DNA of 64,000 nt from Parasitella parasitica NRRL 2501. Its lineage: Eukaryota; Fungi; Mucoromycota. This document shows positions 43,656 to 56,192 of this stretch, one piece after another. Location: positions 6,736-70,735 of the forward strand of contig MU619332.1 in the NCBI GenBank assembly GCA_025201805.1, read 5' to 3'. How positions within the stretch are numbered: the stretch's first letter is position 1; every line of letters starts with the position of its first letter. A program made the translations under genes and the position numbers. The notes below the pieces were generated by a model. That model saw nothing but the letters and a program-made list of their open reading frames with translations, was not told the DNA's origin and searched no databases.

Positions 43656-44751
43656 TTAATCCAACATCATGTCAATATCTTCCTCCAATGCTACACTGTT
43701 ACTCTTACTTCCAGAAGCCTGTTTGTGATAGTTGAATAAAAGTTAGCACTGATTTGTACCCACTCTCATATTTGGCTGTCCTACATTTGATTGCATGTAT
43801 CTCTCCATTTCTCTATCCAAGTCCTCGGCAGTTGGGGTTTTCTTTTGGCGATCATCCTTCTTCTCGCTGCTTTTCGAGGACTTGTGTGAGCGATCATGTC
43901 TCTTTTGGCGGAAATTATCTCTGTCGTCGCTACGGTTAGTATTACTGCCACCCAAACGACCACCAAGACGGTTGCTAAGACGATCATTGTGGAAGCGACT
44001 AGTAATAAACAGAGGTTATCAACATCTACACTACTACAATGGCTGAAAAAGGACAGTATTTACCCTCCTGAGGAGCGAGGTTTAGGCGGGGCTCTTTCGC
44101 TAATCTTGATTTGCATGGCTTGTCCATCCAATTGTATATTGTTATACTTGCTGATTGCTTTCTCTGCCTCAGACAGTGATTGATATGAGACATAAGCAAG
44201 ACCGGTTGAGCGACCTGATTGATCAAACATGATTTTGGCTTTTGTAACATCGCCCACAGTGCTGAAAAGCTCTCTAAGGTCGTCCTCAGTGACATTGTAA
44301 TGCAGATTTTCAACACAAATTTCTACGCTGCGCTCAGGGTATCCTCCTTGGCCCCCACCACGAGCAGTACCCAAGCGAGACAAGATACTGCTTCTTGGAA
44401 CATCGTCGTCGTCAAACATATCGTGAGACCATTGCCCATTTACATTTTTACTGGCACCACCTCGCTACGAACAGTGGCAACGCGTATAATTCAATATATA
44501 TTGCAATTTTGGGTTGGCATTTGACTTACTCTTTCTTCCATGACATTGACGGTGCGAACAAACGAGCGGATAACAGGCGAGTTGTTGCTGCTGTTGCTGT
44601 TACCTCCACCTCTTTTACGAACACCACCTCCACCAAGTTCACGTCTTGTATTGCGACTAAAGCTGCTGTTGCTTTTCCTGTTGCCGCTTCCTCTTTCAGT
44701 TCTTCTATCTTTAATGACTTCGTCAAGGGCCTGGTCAAGTCTGAAAGACAT
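43656..44751 (-). CDS. YRA1: mRNA export adaptor ALYREF/Yra1 (RRM), multi-exon
   Basis: N-box LDQALDEVI, WSHDMF motif, RRM VENLHYNVTEDDLRELF..GRSTGLAYV, C-box TAEDLDREMERYM. Confidence 0.92.
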
Positions 44752-44856
44752 TGTTTGTATTGTTCTGCAAAGTAAGAAGGAAAGAAATTGAAGGGATATA
44801 GATTTATTAAAGCAGTTGATGGGTGGGTGGGTGTGTGACTAGATTAAAACGAGGGA

Positions 44857-45950
44857 TTAACCCTTCTTCCGGTTCTGTACCTTTATATCGGACACATCTG
44901 CTAAACCATCGCCAGTTAATCTCAAGAATGTGATGCCCTCAGTATCACCTACTAGGGCCATGACAAAGGTAGGGCCATATACACCCGATTTGGTGTATCT
45001 GAGTTGAGGTTTGTAGTTGGCATTTGGTGTTCCAGTTAATTGGCCAAAGAACTGATTTAGCTCGTACAATGTTGGCATGCGGTCGTTTATATTTTTGACT
45101 ACAACTCGAAAATCTGGGTCTCCAGGGTCCCTTTTCCTCCAGCCAGGCCTTGGCTTATAGACATCCCAGTCAAAAGTAGAGCATAACGATGCATAAAAGG
45201 GCTTGTACCATGGCGAAGACGGAATAATCTGTAAGGTAGAATATATCTGAGAGTAACTAGTGCATCTATAATCCCAGACAAGAGGTCTGTGTTGCACAGG
45301 TTGGATCCAATGTGTGATGGCATTAAAGAGTAGCTTGAAAATAGAGGGAGCTGGTTGCTGCTTTGCTGGTATTTGATCTTTCGTGGAGGTAACGGCTGCT
45401 TTTTTGGATCTCATGACAATGTATCCCAGCCGTTTTAAATATGCATAAACTTGGTATTTATCAAATGTGATCCAGCCATCGCCACATTCGCACATAATCT
45501 CGCAATAGTCCTCGAAAGAAACTGGATCATCCGTTTGCCGTGTAACTATTAATGCGTTTCTAGCAACTAAAAACGCTGCTTCTTCAGGGAACAATGTAAT
45601 TGCGCCTTGATTAGAGAATCCCATTGAATGGAGATGAGTGCCTTTGTTCTTTTTGATGGCTGTATGATACGGGGATGATGGATTCAGTAGCCCTTCACTC
45701 ACATTTTTCGGTAACGCGACTGTGTCCGATATGCAATCAAATAGAGCTTGGCGAGATACTGCAAGCTGCTCTTGATTTGCTTGATTCGATGCATTTGCTT
45801 TCTCGCCTCGTTTCGGTGCTTGACTCTTTTTACTGCTGAGATGGTCAATAGGCGATGAATTCAAAGGCCATATTTTCATCTAATCTACCTCTTTTTCTTT
45901 ACCAATTGAGAATAGTCTACCAATAGTTCATCGGCTTCTGCATCGCTCAT
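44857..45950 (-). CDS. SEN54: tRNA-splicing endonuclease subunit Sen54, 2 exons
   Basis: PKRGEK, KGTHLHSMG..LFPEEAAFL, YQVYAYLKRLGYIV, FDWDVYKP..WRKRDPGDPDF, MALVGD..ITFL. Confidence 0.9.
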
Positions 45951-46116
45951 ACTTTCTTCTTGTGCATAACATAAAAACACCAAAAGGCAAACACCCCCCC
46001 CCCCCACTCTTTTTCTTGCTGAAAATTTTTTCATCATTGAATAACCGCGCATAAGCAAAGATGATCACCATCTTGCGCTTACTCCCTTTTCCCTCTTCTC
46101 CAAAGTTTCATTAAGG

Positions 46117-46969
46117 ATGGTATACGCGAGAAGGTCTTGTTACAAGTGCGGCAATGGTAAGGCTTATTTTTGCATCAGAACACCGGCAACTAACACAAAC
46201 ATCCAGCGGGCCACTTTGCTACTGCTTGTGCTGAAGCGGAAAGACTTTGTTACAACTGCAAGCAACCGGGCCATTTGAGCAATGAGTGCACTGAGCCCAA
46301 GTTCATTCAGCCCAAGACTTGTTACAACTGTGGAGAAGGTAATGGAAAATATGGCTGGGCTATTGCATTGCAACTCATTCTTGTTCAATAGTTGGTCATA
46401 TCATCGCTGATTGCCCCAATCCTGCGCTTGCCACTGCTCACGTCAAAAAGGAAAAGCAATGCTTTAATTGCCAGGATTATGTAAAATACGGTATATCCAC
46501 AGACAAGAATCTACCAGGCGATTGACATTGGTTGACATAGGGACATATTGCTAGAGATTGCACCAACGAAGCTCAACCTCGTCATTCGGCGGAACGCAAA
46601 CAACAGAGATTCAAGCAAGTCGTATGCGAAAATTGTGGGGGACTCAACCATTATGCAAAGGATTGTCAAGCAAGCGATATTGTCTGCTACAACTGCAAAA
46701 AGCACGGCCATATGGCTCGTGAATGCCCCCTCGCTATTTCCTCTGTTCAGCCTAGTGCTGCTGCTCATAGTGATAGACCTGTCAAAGCATGTTATAATTG
46801 CGGTAAGCCTGGCCACATTGCTCGCAAATGCTTCACTGCCAAAAGGGAGAGAGATGAAGATACCGATGGAACTGGTAATGAGAGCGATGACGATGGCGGG
46901 GAAGAAGATATCACAGATTCAGAGCTGTCTGCTACAGAGTCTGAATCTGACCAAGACCGTACAGCTTGA
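46117..46969 (+). CDS. GIS2: CNBP/Gis2/Byr3-type protein with seven CCHC zinc knuckles and acidic tail, multi-exon
   Basis: Seven CxxCxxxGHxxxxC-type knuckles after removing three short introns. Confidence 0.85.
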
Positions 46970-47018
46970 TTTGTGTGTTTTTTTTTTTGCAATAAAAAAA
47001 AAAAAAAAAAAAAGCCTC

Positions 47019-50000
47019 ATGATTATAAAGGATGTGGAATTACACCTCCTTATTCTGGTATTCTGCATTTGTCATACACGGGCTACAGGTCGTCTTCTTT
47101 CTTTCTCTTTCTTCCTTCATCCCTTTTTATTTCGTCCGAATATGAATTCGTCCATAACACCTGCTGGGCAAGAACTGAAAAGCACCAACAGGCCCATCTT
47201 TGGTGCGAATTCGATAGTAATCAATGATACCATTTACATACATGGTGGTTTTTATAATGTTGCTCCGTGGAACAAAGAGGCCCTGTGGGCATTGGACAGT
47301 TCACTCAGCAAATTTACTCAATTACAGACAGACCCATTTGCCTCACCAGCTGTGACGTACCATTCGCTACAGTCTCTCAATGCTTCAACGCTTTTAACCT
47401 TTGGCGGCCATCTGAACGAGCGAAATCTTACACCCCCCACTGAACCAGAGTATCTACGTTACTATCAGCTCAGTTTCGATTCAATGCAATGGACACCGCT
47501 GCAGAAAAAAAATGCCTCAATAGCGACGCCAAGAGAGAGATTTTGGCATACGACTAGTAAATCAAACAACATTATATACCTGTATGGGGGCATGAATATG
47601 ACTCATGGCATGTATGATTTTTGGAAATACGACGCACAGACAGATGGCTGGACCAGACTGTCGAATGTAGAAATGGCCAGATGTGGGCATACTTCAACCA
47701 TGACTGAGTAGGTACAACTGCCTGACCTTATGCCCATTATCTAACACACTCGATTTTGCTTTTAGTGATGGCAAAATGGTTGTTTTGGGTGGCTATGATT
47801 GCTCCAACTCGTCGCTGTTGACATCAGCGACAAAGAGTTTAATACCCTTAGATAAAGCCACTATTTATGACACCAACACGAATAAATGGTATGAGCAGAC
47901 CCTGAAAGGAGATATACCGCATGCGAGAACTTTTCATACGGCTGTCAAATGTAAGCATAATTAAGGCTCTTTAAAGTGTGTGTTTATTTAAATTCGGATA
48001 TTTGTGTGTTAGCAACACATAACCAAATCATCATTTGTGGAGGTAACGCAGGAACTTCTGGATGTGTTGTATGTACACTGACCTTATTTTAATAGGCCAA
48101 GATGGAAAAGTAGAACCGTTTCAATCGTATCTGTCGGGAGAACACGCTGTTGATATGACTGCAGTACTCAAACTAAACACATGGGAGTGGCGCATTCCAG
48201 ACGCCTCACCCTATCAACCCTTTCCAAGGTCGCATGCCATAGCCAGCATCGTTAACGACACAAAAATGGTTTATGGATTTGGTATTAAACGAAAAACAAG
48301 GGGCGACTGCGACAGAAACTGAATTATTCATGTAGGTATTAATTATCACACAGTCTATGATGGTTTGTATGTGTTTGACTCAGAAATCAATCAATGGCTT
48401 TCACCATATGATGCGTACCATGACACCATCCAACGCTACTCTGTCGGTTTAATTGTCGGATTATCAGTTTTGGGAGCCTTTCTCGGTTCAGCTTCGGTGG
48501 TCTTGCTGGGCTACTGGTTGATTAAACGGCATGGTGCAATTATTAACAATCTGTTCACAAACATAAGACAAAGTATATGGAACCCAAGGTAAAACATTAC
48601 TATATTGTATATATATATATATATATATTCATATAGGCTATCCTAATCTCTTACTTTTTGGCAGATCAGGAGAGCCATTGTGGGCCGAAATCAGTCGACT
48701 TCTGTTTCGTTTTTCATTTCTGGCCATCTTCATCACAATGACCACCGTGCTAGTTCTGCAGGTGCAAAATAGCCCAATCATAGATCAACAGTATTATGAT
48801 CATAATTCTGATTACACGGTTATAGCTCCAGGTATTTAAGCTCATACTGCAATGACAACAAACAGGTATTTATAGTAAATGGGCTGTATAGACATAAGGT
48901 TTTGTTTTGACGGCTGGGTCAACACTACAAGCCCTGTATTACAATGCGCCACTGATTTCGGAGAATCATGCGACACTTATCTGATCAACATCACGGATAA
49001 AGTCAAATCCAACTTGAATTATTACGGTACTAAGCTATCTTGTCAACTATTCAGAGCACCCAAAAAGTTATTCAAGCTGGGAAGAACAAATGATCGCATG
49101 GCTCATAGTGGCTCATTTCTCAAATTTTACTACTATGGTATACCCAGTACCAGTGACAGCATTTTACATGTCGAATTATACCACCCTGACCACGATCCTA
49201 ACCTTCCTGTGTACAACATCACTGGGGAATTTGAATGGTATAGCTCGGATGAAAATGCCAAGTTTCAGTCTTCAGAGCAAATGAACCTAAAGACAGAAAA
49301 TGTGTACGAAGTTCATCCCACTTTCGCTACACGTATTGGGTATGAATTATTCGAGCGACAAAAAATGGACGGTAGTGCGTGGAATTACATTGGTTTTGGA
49401 TCTGCTCGCATATCACAGTATTGGTTAAAGAGTAATCAAATGAGTGCAGATAGAGATACATCATACAGTACAAACCCACAACCTCTGGGCTCACTGCATA
49501 TATACCCTATGCGATACGACACAACAGTGATGCGAGAACAAAGAGCGTTTACATTAGTCAATGGTATGGGTATTGTTGGTGGTATATTTGGCCTCATTGT
49601 AGGGTTCCAAGCTAGTTTGTTTGGTTATCGGCCTAGATCGCCATGGGGTATAGTACACCGTTGGTCAGTAGGGCTGATGAGAAGGTCGTTGTTGCAAGGG
49701 CTACGAGCTAGATTTCCCACAACAGATGAAGTTCATATTCCAATTGTTCATCCTGTTCACAGACGATTTTCTGAGGCACTAGCAAAATCACCAATGACAC
49801 CAACTACTGCTAAAAAAGCTCAGTTTTTCCAAGCTACTATAGAGGAAGAAGAAGAGGATAGCTTGACAATTACATCACAGAAAAAATATCAGGAGGACGA
49901 AGAAGAAGACGAGGGGAAAAGAATGGCTCGTTTAGAAGAAAGATTGCATGTATTTGAGCTGCTATTTCAGGCTTACTATATAGACGATGAATTGTTTAGA

Positions 50001-50024
50001 TCATTGCAAAATGCCCAAAAATAA
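47019..50024 (+). CDS. Signal peptide + kelch beta-propeller + TM + DEG/ENaC-like two-TM channel module; multi-exon
   Basis: Spliced frame reconstructed (introns include 47089-47172, 48589-48664, 48832-48891). Kelch repeats IYIHGG, LLTFGG, PRERFWH..IYLYGG, ARCGH..VVLGG, ARTFH. TM0 GLIVGLSVLGAFLG; TM1 LLFRFSFLAIFITMTTVLVL then SP..APDIRFC; TM2 TLVNGMGIVGGIFGLIVG. Confidence 0.85.
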
Positions 50025-50140
50025 CTATATGCATTGGTGTATTTATATTTAAAATTGTATTTCTTTTCGTAGCAATGATACGATGACATGTTATTGTGTA
50101 AATAAACATCACTGGGGATGTGGCAATCTATTATCATTAT

Positions 50141-50800
50141 TGTGAAATACATTCACTATAATGATCTGCATTCCACTTCTAGATTCATCCAGTTACCTTA
50201 AATTGATATAGACTACATATGTACAAAGCTAATAAGATTTACAATACAGATTTATACTAAATAAGATATAGGCTAGAGATGGCACCATCAGGATGGATGA
50301 CGCTATAGACTTGAACTTATATCTCGACACGAGCCTCAGACATTTACTAGACTTATTATATGCTACGAGCTTATGCCAGATAAGATCCACGCTTCAGATG
50401 TGTATTCTCAGTTTCCAAATACACACTGCAAGACATATACTTATATCCATGATACTAACTACAGATACATTATATACTACAGACTTGTACAATATGGGCA
50501 ATGCTTTAGATATGCTCATGACATGCTATAGACATGCTACATATACAGATATATGCAAAGATAAATACTAAGTAGTTTGCACCCAGACATGTACTATTAA
50601 TGTGGACTAAATAAGACTACGTTAGGAATGATACACGTTGGATCGATATTAATAACCTTCGTATGGAAGATTAAGCAGGGTGCCTCAGGTTAGTCTATCT
50701 ACTCACTCAGATAGATTTAAGTTATCTTTAGTCTGCCGAGATGTCGTTTAGCACAGAATTAAAGATGCTAATAAATCAGAATTGTCGTACACCTCAAATC
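50141..50800 (+). mobile_element. Probable LTR-derived sequence (start certain, end uncertain)
   Basis: Begins TGTGAAAT; its first 70 nt recur at 61074-61143 with 4 mismatches. Confidence 0.45.
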
Positions 50801-50990
50801 ACGAGAGTAGAAAATTCATCCGTAGCTCAAGTATATATGACCTGCCCAGTTGATAAACGGGAGTATACACTTGTCAATTTGATAATGAAACCTATACCTT
50901 TATCAAGTTGAAATTTATTATTATTTTATTACAACCTTTTTCCGTGAATCCATATTGCAGTAAATTTGAAAGATTTACGACATGAAAAAA

Positions 50991-50991
50991 A

Positions 50992-51018
<27 letters not shown>
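50991..51018 (+). repeat. (TA)n microsatellite
   Basis: atatatat... run. Confidence 0.9.
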
Positions 51019-51025
<7 letters not shown>

Positions 51026-51270
51026 AAGCGATATGAAATTACAATTATAATCAAGTTTGGGGTTCTTTATTATAAAAGTATACTGAGGTTTTATCTAGAG
51101 AAAAACATCTTAGTATTTATAGGATTTGAATTGTTGTATATCAGTTCTCATGAATGAAGCATTGATCCGAGAGTCAATGCGTTAATTTGTCGTTGTTTAG
51201 TTTTGGGTTTTCAGGAGAAGCAGATTATGATGAATGCTTTCACCATTGATGGAGATTTGCGTAACATTAG

Positions 51271-51543
51271 TGTAATGTCTGAGATAAGATAATTATAGAA
51301 TAAAGAATATTGTTTTATTAATTGCTAAACTAAGAGTATTTATACTAGTTTGATCTAACTACGAAGTATCTGATTACTAAGTATCAAGTACCAATTGATA
51401 TCAATATGATTATGCTAGAAGTATTCATATTGACATCTTCTATAGGATTGGGTACTTGATCTTATATAAGCTTTCTACAAGCTTCCAGCATCCTCCGTAG
51501 TTATCGACCTATTCAAGCTCCGGCTATGGTTGATTCCACTACA
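51271..51543. mobile_element. Solo LTR (273 bp)
   Basis: TGTAATG...CACTACA ends flanked by 5-bp TSD ATTAG (51266-70, 51544-48). Confidence 0.8.
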
Positions 51544-52035
51544 ATTAGTTGGCCGTGTTAATAGGATGGCTATTGTCATACTTTAGTTATTGTGTTAAAG
51601 ATATCCTTATCTAGAATTGAAATGTGCAAGTAGCTGTAGTGAAAATTTTTGGTTACACATCTTTATATAGTAACTGATCGATCTTACTGCAAGTTGCATA
51701 TGCCTTGCATATGTCAACATTGATAATAAACAACCTTTTTCTCTCGTAAAATTAACTTTACATTATCTTACATACATTTCTCCCTAGTGTATATTTATTT
51801 ACATTACAGAGAACTAGTCCTTTTATACGAATTTATTATAATATTGAATAGTATCTCTTTGTTTTTACAGTCGGCAAACATACTATATCTGTCAATCTAT
51901 AACTATACATTTTTCTATATCAATTACTCGTACATATCAGAATGATGGAAAAAACTCATTGAATGACGAGCTGCCATAATTGATATCTTTGTCATTACAG
52001 CGAAACGCAGTGAAAAAGTGGTGTAAAAAAGCAAG

Positions 52036-52240
52036 TGTTATGTCAAAAGTCTGATAAAATAAATCTGCCAAAGAATTACACTTTTATTCATAATACATCT
52101 CTCGATGTATTATATACACATTCATTACATTAGAGTTCTTAGCTGCATAATGTAAATCATGACTACCCATGATTTACTGTAAGACCCTGGGACTGATCTG
52201 AGATCCTGATGTGAGACCTTGCCATGTTATTGATATAACA
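52036..52240 (+). mobile_element. Solo LTR family A, copy 1 (205 bp)
   Basis: TGTTAT...ATAACA ends, 5-bp TSD GCAAG on both sides; related to 52636-52872 and (inverted) 60338-60552. Confidence 0.88.
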
Positions 52241-52635
52241 GCAAGATACGATCAAAATCCTTCTTTATTTTGAAAGTAGATTGAATGCGCAATTGGCTGT
52301 TATGAATTCTAATTAGCCTTTCTGGCTTAGTAGTATACTATCATACTACTTGGGTTGATTGGAGATGGTCATTCATCAGGACAATAGAATAATTCTATAT
52401 CGTGGCTATTCTAATCTTACGTGAGTGTGAATATTATTGAGTTGTTTATTGACATTGTTGATCTAACGATGGATCAAGGACGACATTTTGAACATTTTTC
52501 TATTCATGCGATTAGGAAGCTTTCTTTGTTTGATGAATAGTTCCTTTTCAGGCTTTAGTTTGTGGCACAACATGCTATTTTGACATATGCCAATTTCTAT
52601 CCCTGCTATTTGTTTGTCTTTGTAGTCATAGCTTC

Positions 52636-52872
52636 TGTTATGTCAAAAATAAGTCAGTAAAATTAATCTGCCAAAGAGTTACACTTTTATTTTTTGAAAT
52701 ACATCCTCTGGATGTATTTATATAAACTAATATTACGTGCTAACGTCATCATACACAACTGTAACCAAGATTTATATATGGAGCATGCGGTGTAAATCCC
52801 TGATTTACCACGCACATTGGCTTTTAGCCCCTTGATCTTGCTAAAGGTCTATGGCATGTTATTGATATAACA
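52636..52872 (+). mobile_element. Solo LTR family A, copy 2 (237 bp)
   Basis: TGTTAT...ATAACA ends, 5-bp TSD GCTTC on both sides. Confidence 0.88.
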
Positions 52873-55506
52873 GCTTCTATTATTGGGAAGATGGCAATAT
52901 TTTAAGATGGGAATCTAGTCTTGTTCACTTCAGTCATTAGTATTCTTATTCTGAATGTTTATTGTGTAAGGGAAAGCACACTTTGATCAGGAGTGTTTTC
53001 CTTCACGCGACATTCATTGATAAGGTCTTTAATTTTATTTGTAATTCGGTTTGATTTATATGACTCTATGTGTTATGCGAACTCGAATGGCATGAATTGA
53101 CTATGCATGACATTTGAGTCTTATTTTATCAGCTATGCGCTTTTAGTTATATCATTCCATTGCAGTTCGTTCGTTATGAACAGCAGTTGCAAGCGATGTC
53201 TTTAGCGTTCTGTTCATACGTTCTACTAGTCCATCCGTCTGTGGGTGTTCCACCGAGGTCAACAATCGTTTAATGCCTAGTCTTGCGCATACCTGCGTCA
53301 TAGAATCACCCACCAACGAAGAGCCATTATCTGTGATCAATCTAGTTGTAACCGAGAACTTCAACCCTAGTTCATATAATAGCGCTTGTGCTATATGGTT
53401 AGTGTGATAACTGGGAAGAGCCACCGCAATCGTCCATTTGCTCTAGTATTCACATATAACCAGCAGATATCTGTTGCCAGTTGTCGATAAAGGGAGCATT
53501 GCTATGTCCAGAGCCCAGATTTTGCCTATTCTTGAAGGTATAATTGGATTCATCGGCGGTACCACCGAATCATTTCGGATCTTGTAGCGTTGGCATTCGT
53601 CGCATGTTCTAATCCAATGTTTTACATCGTCAATCATGGTTGACCACCAGCCTAATAATCGCACTTTGGCTAGTGTTTTGCCTACGCCATAATGACCACC
53701 AGTTGGGAGATTGTGCACGCTTCTTAATAGCGACTTGACCATGGGCTGAGGAGTAATTGAAACCATCGAGCCGTCTTCGTATTGATACCAGAGAATGTCG
53801 TCTTTAAAAGCATATGGTTTCTTGACGTCTTGTTTCAGGATTTTCTGGATTTTCTTATCCTTTAACTGTTCCGCCGCTTTCAATTGTAAGACTCCCGAGA
53901 GGAATTGCACAGCTCCCGCACCGCTTTCCCCTTGCGCTGGAGCTTTGCTCACCTTGCCAGCTTGGATTTCTTGACTATTTTTACTTGATCTCATCGACTC
54001 AGTGCCTCAGCATCGACATTCAGAGCGCCTTTCCTGTGAACAATTGTGAAGGAAGACTCTTGAATTGCTAGGATCCACCTAGCAATGCGTCCTTTGGGTT
54101 CATTGGTTGAGAGTATGCTCTTGAGGGCCGCATGATCCGTATATACTGTCAAACTTGCACCATACAGGTACGGATAGAAATGCTTTAACGCATACACTAC
54201 ACAGAAAGCTTCTTGTTAGGTCGTGCTGTAGTTCTTTTCCGCAGGGGTCAGAGTTCGACTTGAAAAGGCAACAGGACGTTCATCTTGTACAATTACTGCA
54301 CCCAGTCCATGCATACTGGCATCAGTATGTACATCATACGGTTTCGATGGATCTAGGTAGGCCAATGTAGGGAGCGTCATAATAACTTTCTTCAGAGTTT
54401 CTAAGGCATTGAGTGCGCTTCCTCAGACCACTCATAAGGGACATCTTTCCTTAATAGTTGATACAGCGGAGCCGCCACAGGAACCAAATTTTTAATAAAT
54501 CGATGATAGAAAGCACAAAATCCAAGAAACCTTAGGAAAGCCGAGACCGACATTGGAACCTTGCAACCTTGAATCACTTGAACTTTTGTTAGATTTGATC
54601 TGATTCCTTGATCGCTTACTATAAACCCTTAAGTATGCAACTTCTCTCTTGAAGAATTGACATTTGTTGACTGAGATTTTCAAGTTATATTCGACCAGTC
54701 TTGACAGAACCGCACGTACTGTAACTCTTCTTCGAGAGTTTTCAGAGATGGGCTAAATACTATTAGGTCGTCCAAGTATACTTTACAACGTTGCAACCGT
54801 GTGTAATCCAAGCCATGAACCTGGCAAAGGCATTTGGGGCGGTAACGCAGCCAAAGGGCAGAACCTTGAAGTAGTATAAAGCCCCATCTGCTATAAACGC
54901 CGTTTTAGGGGAATCCCGTAAATCTAACGGTATTTGCCAGTAGCCCGCTTTTAAGTCTACGGTACTTAGTTACTTGAAACCATGCAATTGATCTAGCAAT
55001 TCGTTAAGATTTCCAATTGGGAACTTGTCCTTGACCGTAATTGCATTAAGCTTGCAATAATCTACACAGAAACGCCACTGAGGAGGAGTACCATCTTACG
55101 CTGCTTGTTCATGATCAACTTTTTTGATTAGTACCACAGGCGAACATCATGCGCTTGTGCTTGGTTCGATTACATACGCCTTTTCGTAGCATTTCAGCAA
55201 CTTTTTTCTTGATTTGCTGCGTTTCCGCAAAAGGTCGTCGGTAATCTCGCACAAGAACAGGTAAAGCGTCGCCAATTATGACACGGTGCTTATATGGTGC
55301 ATTCGTAATTGTTTGAGGTTCATCGTCATTTGGTATCAACGTCGAATAATCTTTCAAGATATCCTCAGCCAGCTGCTCTTCCTTCGTCTTCATTGTTTGC
55401 GTATTTTGAGCCTCTTTGACCTTGAATAGTTCCTTTGTTTTTGGTCGCAGGGCCCAATCTTCATGCACCATCCAATCCATGCACAAGATGATGTCCATAT
55501 TTTGTT

Positions 55507-56192
55507 TGTTGGATCAAAAAAAGATGAAATAAAAACCAAAGGTTAACGAGATACGAAAACTAAAGATACTTTATTTAAGATCAAAATTGCATCTGCTATT
55601 TATACTTTTTACAACTACATAAATTTATGGTGACTTATTTAGATTACTAATTAACAAGACTAATTCACAGTAAAAATCTACTTGACAGGGTACTGTTTAG
55701 GATACAGATCAAATCTTAGCGGTAATGTATTATACTCTGTATAATACATCATAAAGCGAGCATGAGTAGAAATGCGTAGTAGAATGGGATGACTTTATTT
55801 AGACATGGCAAAGAGACATAAGTGGTAACTTTGAATGGCGAATCTTTATCCCAGTACAAAGTGGTGATATCCTATGACATTTGGTTCCTGAGGTCGGTGT
55901 TTAATCCTGATGAATGTTCTTCCATCAAAGCTACTAGGAACAAACATTCTATCCTTTATACGTACATATCTATGCTCTTGTCTTACTGGTAACTCGAAAA
56001 CTCTTATCCACCAAGCTCCTAGGGATTGGTTCAAGGTGTACCCAATTATCCCTCATCCTAGAGATCATGGTCCTATTGCTGCGGCACTGTCAAATAACTA
56101 TAAATACCTTCAAAACATACACTAGTTTAAATATTCATTCAATCTTGGAATAGCAAAATAAATATATTCAGTTCTAATTGTATTTTCTGGCT
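55507..56192. mobile_element. Nested insertion splitting the Gypsy protease
   Basis: Non-coding AT-rich block beginning TGTTGG, flanked by the 10-bp direct repeat ATATTTTGTT (55497-506, 56193-202). Confidence 0.6.

Noticed and set aside
46548-47711. 387-aa ORF as a single gene
   Set aside because: Artefact: the first part is an off-frame read of the GIS2 zinc-knuckle exon running through an A-tract into the kelch-channel gene
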